NCBI RefSeq assembly: GCF_009914755.1
Contig: NC_060932.1
DNA: 64,000 bases
Origin: the human T2T-CHM13v2.0 reference genome, Homo sapiens
Strand: one strand, 5' to 3'
The position numbers and the translations under genes are program-made. The first letter of the stretch is position 1; every line of letters starts with the position of its first letter. A model generated the notes under the pieces. The model was not told the DNA's origin, did not search any database, and saw nothing but the letters and a program-made list of their open reading frames with translations. Below, piece by piece: positions 60,576 to 64,000 of the stretch.

Positions 60576-61805
60576 TAATTTTTTTTAAATTAAAATTTCT
60601 TGGAAAAAAATCCTGTTGTTTAAACATGTCAGTGGTGACGTATTACAGTTGTGGGACCTTAACTGAGTCAGGCACCTCTCTCCTTGTTACTAAGGGAGTG
60701 GTGAGGAAAGAGCAGAGATTTGTGATCAGACGGAACTGGGTCTGAAACACAGCTCTGCCTTTTACTAATTTTATTATTTCACTTATCTGCGCTCATCTGA
60801 ACTCATCTAAATGGGTGTAATAATGGTTCACTCACCTTGAATGCAAATACATATAAAGCAAAATAATGTGTATAAAATGTCTGCAGCCCTCTAGGTCCTC
60901 CATATTAACTTCCCTTTTTTCATCCTCTTCCTGCTTCTCCTCCTCCTTTTTCTTTTCTTTCTTGTCCTTCTCCCACTTTGCATGGTCGAAAGGCCATAAA
61001 ATAAACATTGAGACAAATGGAGCCTACCTTATAACCTCAGTTGTATACAAGCTCACTTAAAAAAAGTTACAGCATTTGGCAAATGGAATATATGTGTGTC
61101 TTGTGTGTGTGTATGTTATGTGCATACACACACATATTTATTTCTATATTTATCTGTAAGTTGAATACTGGCTCCATTGACCAATATATTGGCTTATGTA
61201 TATATATATATATTTTACATATGGGCCTATAGGCCAACAATGAACATTAATTCTCTCTCTCTTTCTCTCCATCCCTGCTACACTTTTCCTGGAGATGAAT
61301 ACATAAAAATAGGTATTGTATGAGTTGAGTACCACTTACTCTCACAAGGCTCTTTTGTGAAGCCCAAGTCACAAATAATACTTCACTTATTCACTTATTT
61401 TAATTAACTTTTGTACAGAATATCAGGATTGGACAAGATTTTGCTCATCTGATTCCACATTTCACTTGATAATTTTTGATATGTCTGATATTTGCCTCCA
61501 CTCCCCAGCATAGGACAGGTTGTTGGCCAGTCTCTGCTGGTGACGTAGTTCCAGAGTCAGCCCCGTCTACCATATGATGGCCTTAGAGAGTCTGTTTTTA
61601 TTTTGAGCAGGGCTCTATTGGCCCTGATTCTGTTTTCTGAAATACTCCAGATTTGTAGGTGTCCATCTTCCCTTAATCTTTTCTTCTGGCTAGGCATTGC
61701 TGTTTTTCAGAAGTTTCTTATACAGCACAGTTTTTCTTGTGCACAGGCCTCACCTCTGGATTATAAACTTGTGCAGACCCTCTTTGTAACTCTCACAATA
61801 GCCAG

Positions 61806-62164
61806 TGATATGGTTTAGCTCTGTGTCTGCACCCAAATCTCATGTCAAATTGTAATCTCACATGTGAGGGAGCGACGTGGTGGGAGATGATTGGATCATG
61901 GGGGTGGTTTCCCCCATGCTGTTCTCGTGATAGTGAGTGAGTTCTCATGAGCTCTAATGGTTTAAAATGTGGCACATTCCCTCTCTGTCTCTTTCTTGCT
62001 GCCATGTAAGATGTGCCCTGCTTCCCCTTCGCCTTCCACCATGATTGCAAGTTTCCTGAGGCCTCCCCAGCCATGTGGAACTGTGAGTTAATTAAACCTC
62101 TTTCCTTTATAAATTACCCAGTCTCAGGTAGTTCTTTATAGCAATGTGAAAATGGACTAATACA
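61806..62164 (+). mobile_element. THE1D-like MaLR solo LTR
   Basis: tgatatggtttagctctgtgtc ... aattaaacctctttcctttataaattacccagtctcaggtagttctttatagc ... ggactaataca. Confidence 0.9.
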
Positions 62165-62610
62165 ATTGGGACGTTGGCCTTGCCATGAGTAAGTGGGCCT
62201 CACTTAAGTCTCACTGGCTGATTGAGAAGCATCACTAGGAAAAAAGGGAAAGGAAGAAACAATGCCCGCCTCTTGCCATCACAGATAAAGCATATCAAGT
62301 TGAGGCTACCAGACTGCTTGGCAAATATGTCACCTTTCTTTTTTGTAGCCTTTCTGCCTCTTACATTGAGTCCTGGCCTTCTGGGGAGCCACTGAACCTG
62401 AGCAAAACAGGCTTCTCATGCTTGTCTTGTCAACTTTAATTTATGAGAGTACAGCTCAGATTAGAGGGGAGGAGGGGGAAACAGATACACACCTTCTGTA
62501 ATGCCAGGAGGGATTGCTCCTTTCTGGTTGTTCTGATCTGGTGATATTTTCATAGAGCAAGTGAACCCAGCTTTCAAACCTCTTCGACACTTGTGAATGG
62601 ACATACTTGC

Positions 62611-62780
62611 TATTAAAATGAGAAATATAGGATTAACCACCCAAGCAAATTAAGATGGAAAGATGAAACATCCTATTGAAGGAAGCAAATTAATAGCATT
62701 CTTGTTTGAATTACCTGAACTAGATGAGTTAAATTGTTTTCTCTTCAGCTATTGATATTATCCATTCTCAACTTTGCTTT
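62611..62780 (+). repeat. 170-bp direct repeat, copy 1
   Basis: Ungapped match to 63593-63762; 7 mismatches by my count. Confidence 0.95.
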
Positions 62781-62934
62781 GTATGTGATCATAATCTTTA
62801 GATTCGAATTAGATTCAAATTAGATTTAAATCCTGAAACAGAAACAAAGAAGGGAAAACAACCTACCACATCCACCAGACAAATCAGAAACCATAATCTT
62901 AATTTTGGATAAAATATACTTTTAAAAATACACT

Positions 62935-63462
62935 TGAGGCTAGACAGGTAGAGTCAAGGAAGTAACCCTGTCCTTGTGGTGCAGCAACTGTGGTGACCGT
63001 ACAGTCAACACAATAAGCCCCAGGATTCGCACTGTGGTCCAGCTCATTCAAGCAAGGCTATCTTCAGCAGGGAATTTCCCCTGCAGAAAGCATGCGCACT
63101 TTGATTTTACCTGTCCTCAAACTGCTCATTCTGGGTGGAGATTTAAGATGCTAATGAGACTTGTGACATATGAGCAAGCATGTACAGCTACTGTGTGTGT
63201 GCACTCAGAGAACCACCCAGAACATGCTTACTAGTAGCAAACACCTATTCCCACCCCCTTATGAATAATCATGTAGGACTCCCATAAAGAGAGTCTCCCT
63301 AGTGCCAGTCTTTGCTGTCTCATCCTTTTATGAGCAGCCTGCCCTGAATTCTCTCTCTCAGAGTGTACTGTCTATTCTGCACCTAATTTTAAAAATGTTA
63401 TTTTTATTTTACAATAAATTACTCTATGCTGGATCTTCTTTGCTGTGCTCTTATTTAAATTC
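62935..63462 (+). mobile_element. ERV1-type (MER4-group-like) LTR, 3'-truncated; family not assigned
   Basis: Starts tgaggctagacaggtagagtcaaggaagtaacc; AATAAA at 63413-63418; breaks off into AT-rich filler with no recognisable LTR terminus or TSD. Confidence 0.7.
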
Positions 63463-63592
63463 ATATATATAATATGAATATATTATATATAATATGTACA
63501 TATTATATATACATAATATTCTCATATTTAAATTCACATATATAATATGTATATATTATATATACATAATATATATACATATAATATTCTCA

Positions 63593-63762
63593 TATTAAAA
63601 TGAGAAATATGGGATTAACCACCCAAGCAAATTAAGATGGAGAGATGAAACATCTTATTGAAGGAAGCAAATTAATAGCATTCTTGTTTGAATTACCTAA
63701 ACTAGATGAGTTAAATTGTTTTCTCTTCAGCTATTATTAATATCCATTCTCAACTTTGCTTT
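63593..63762 (+). repeat. 170-bp direct repeat, copy 2
   Basis: Matches 62611-62780 at an offset of 982 bp. Confidence 0.95.
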
Positions 63763-63784
63763 ATTGTATATATATACATATATA

Positions 63785-64000
63785 TATACTTTAAGTTCTG
63801 GGATACATGTGCAGAACGTGCAGGTTTGTTACATAGGTATACACATCCCATGGTGGTTTGCTGCACCCATCAACCCATCACCTACCTTAGGTATTTCTCC
63901 TAATGCTATCCTCCTCCTAGACCTCCAGCCCCCAACAGGCCCCGGTGTGTGATGTTCCCCTCCCTGTGTCCATTTGTTCTCATTGTTCGACTCCCGCTTT
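63785..64000 (-). mobile_element. L1PA7/8-like 3' end, runs off the window
   Basis: tactttaagttctgggatacatgtgcagaacgtgcaggtttgttacataggtatac. Confidence 0.9.

Noticed and set aside
61176-61235. Adjacent short palindromes (ccaatatattgg, ggcctataggcc) around (TA)n
   Set aside because: Expected in AT/TA-rich low-complexity DNA; too short to suggest a structured RNA

Overview
Primate genomic DNA (human or a closely related great ape), judged from AluJ/AluS/AluY, L1PA, MIR, L2, MaLR and hAT MITE copies. The window is repeat-rich intergenic or intronic sequence, and I recognise no host protein-coding gene. The main element is a full-length (~6.05 kb) minus-strand L1PA2/L1PA3 at 35059-41120. It has a 17-bp TSD and dead ORF1 and ORF2, but an intact 5'UTR, antisense promoter and ORF0 pointing to the + strand. 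Other items are an unassigned CpG island (~58.75-59.85 kb) with a consensus CTCF site, a tailless U2 snRNA 5'-fragment retrocopy with an Alu nested inside its TSD (46.9-47.26 kb), and a complex local rearrangement at 62.6-63.8 kb. There is also an unexplained ~0.87-kb segment resembling a retrocopied insert at 41.45-42.33 kb, and a few strong + strand splice-signal candidates. Repeat family names were assigned by eye against remembered consensus sequences, and boundaries of ancient repeats are approximate. I found no convincing new biological system; the best leads are listed as findings with caveats.
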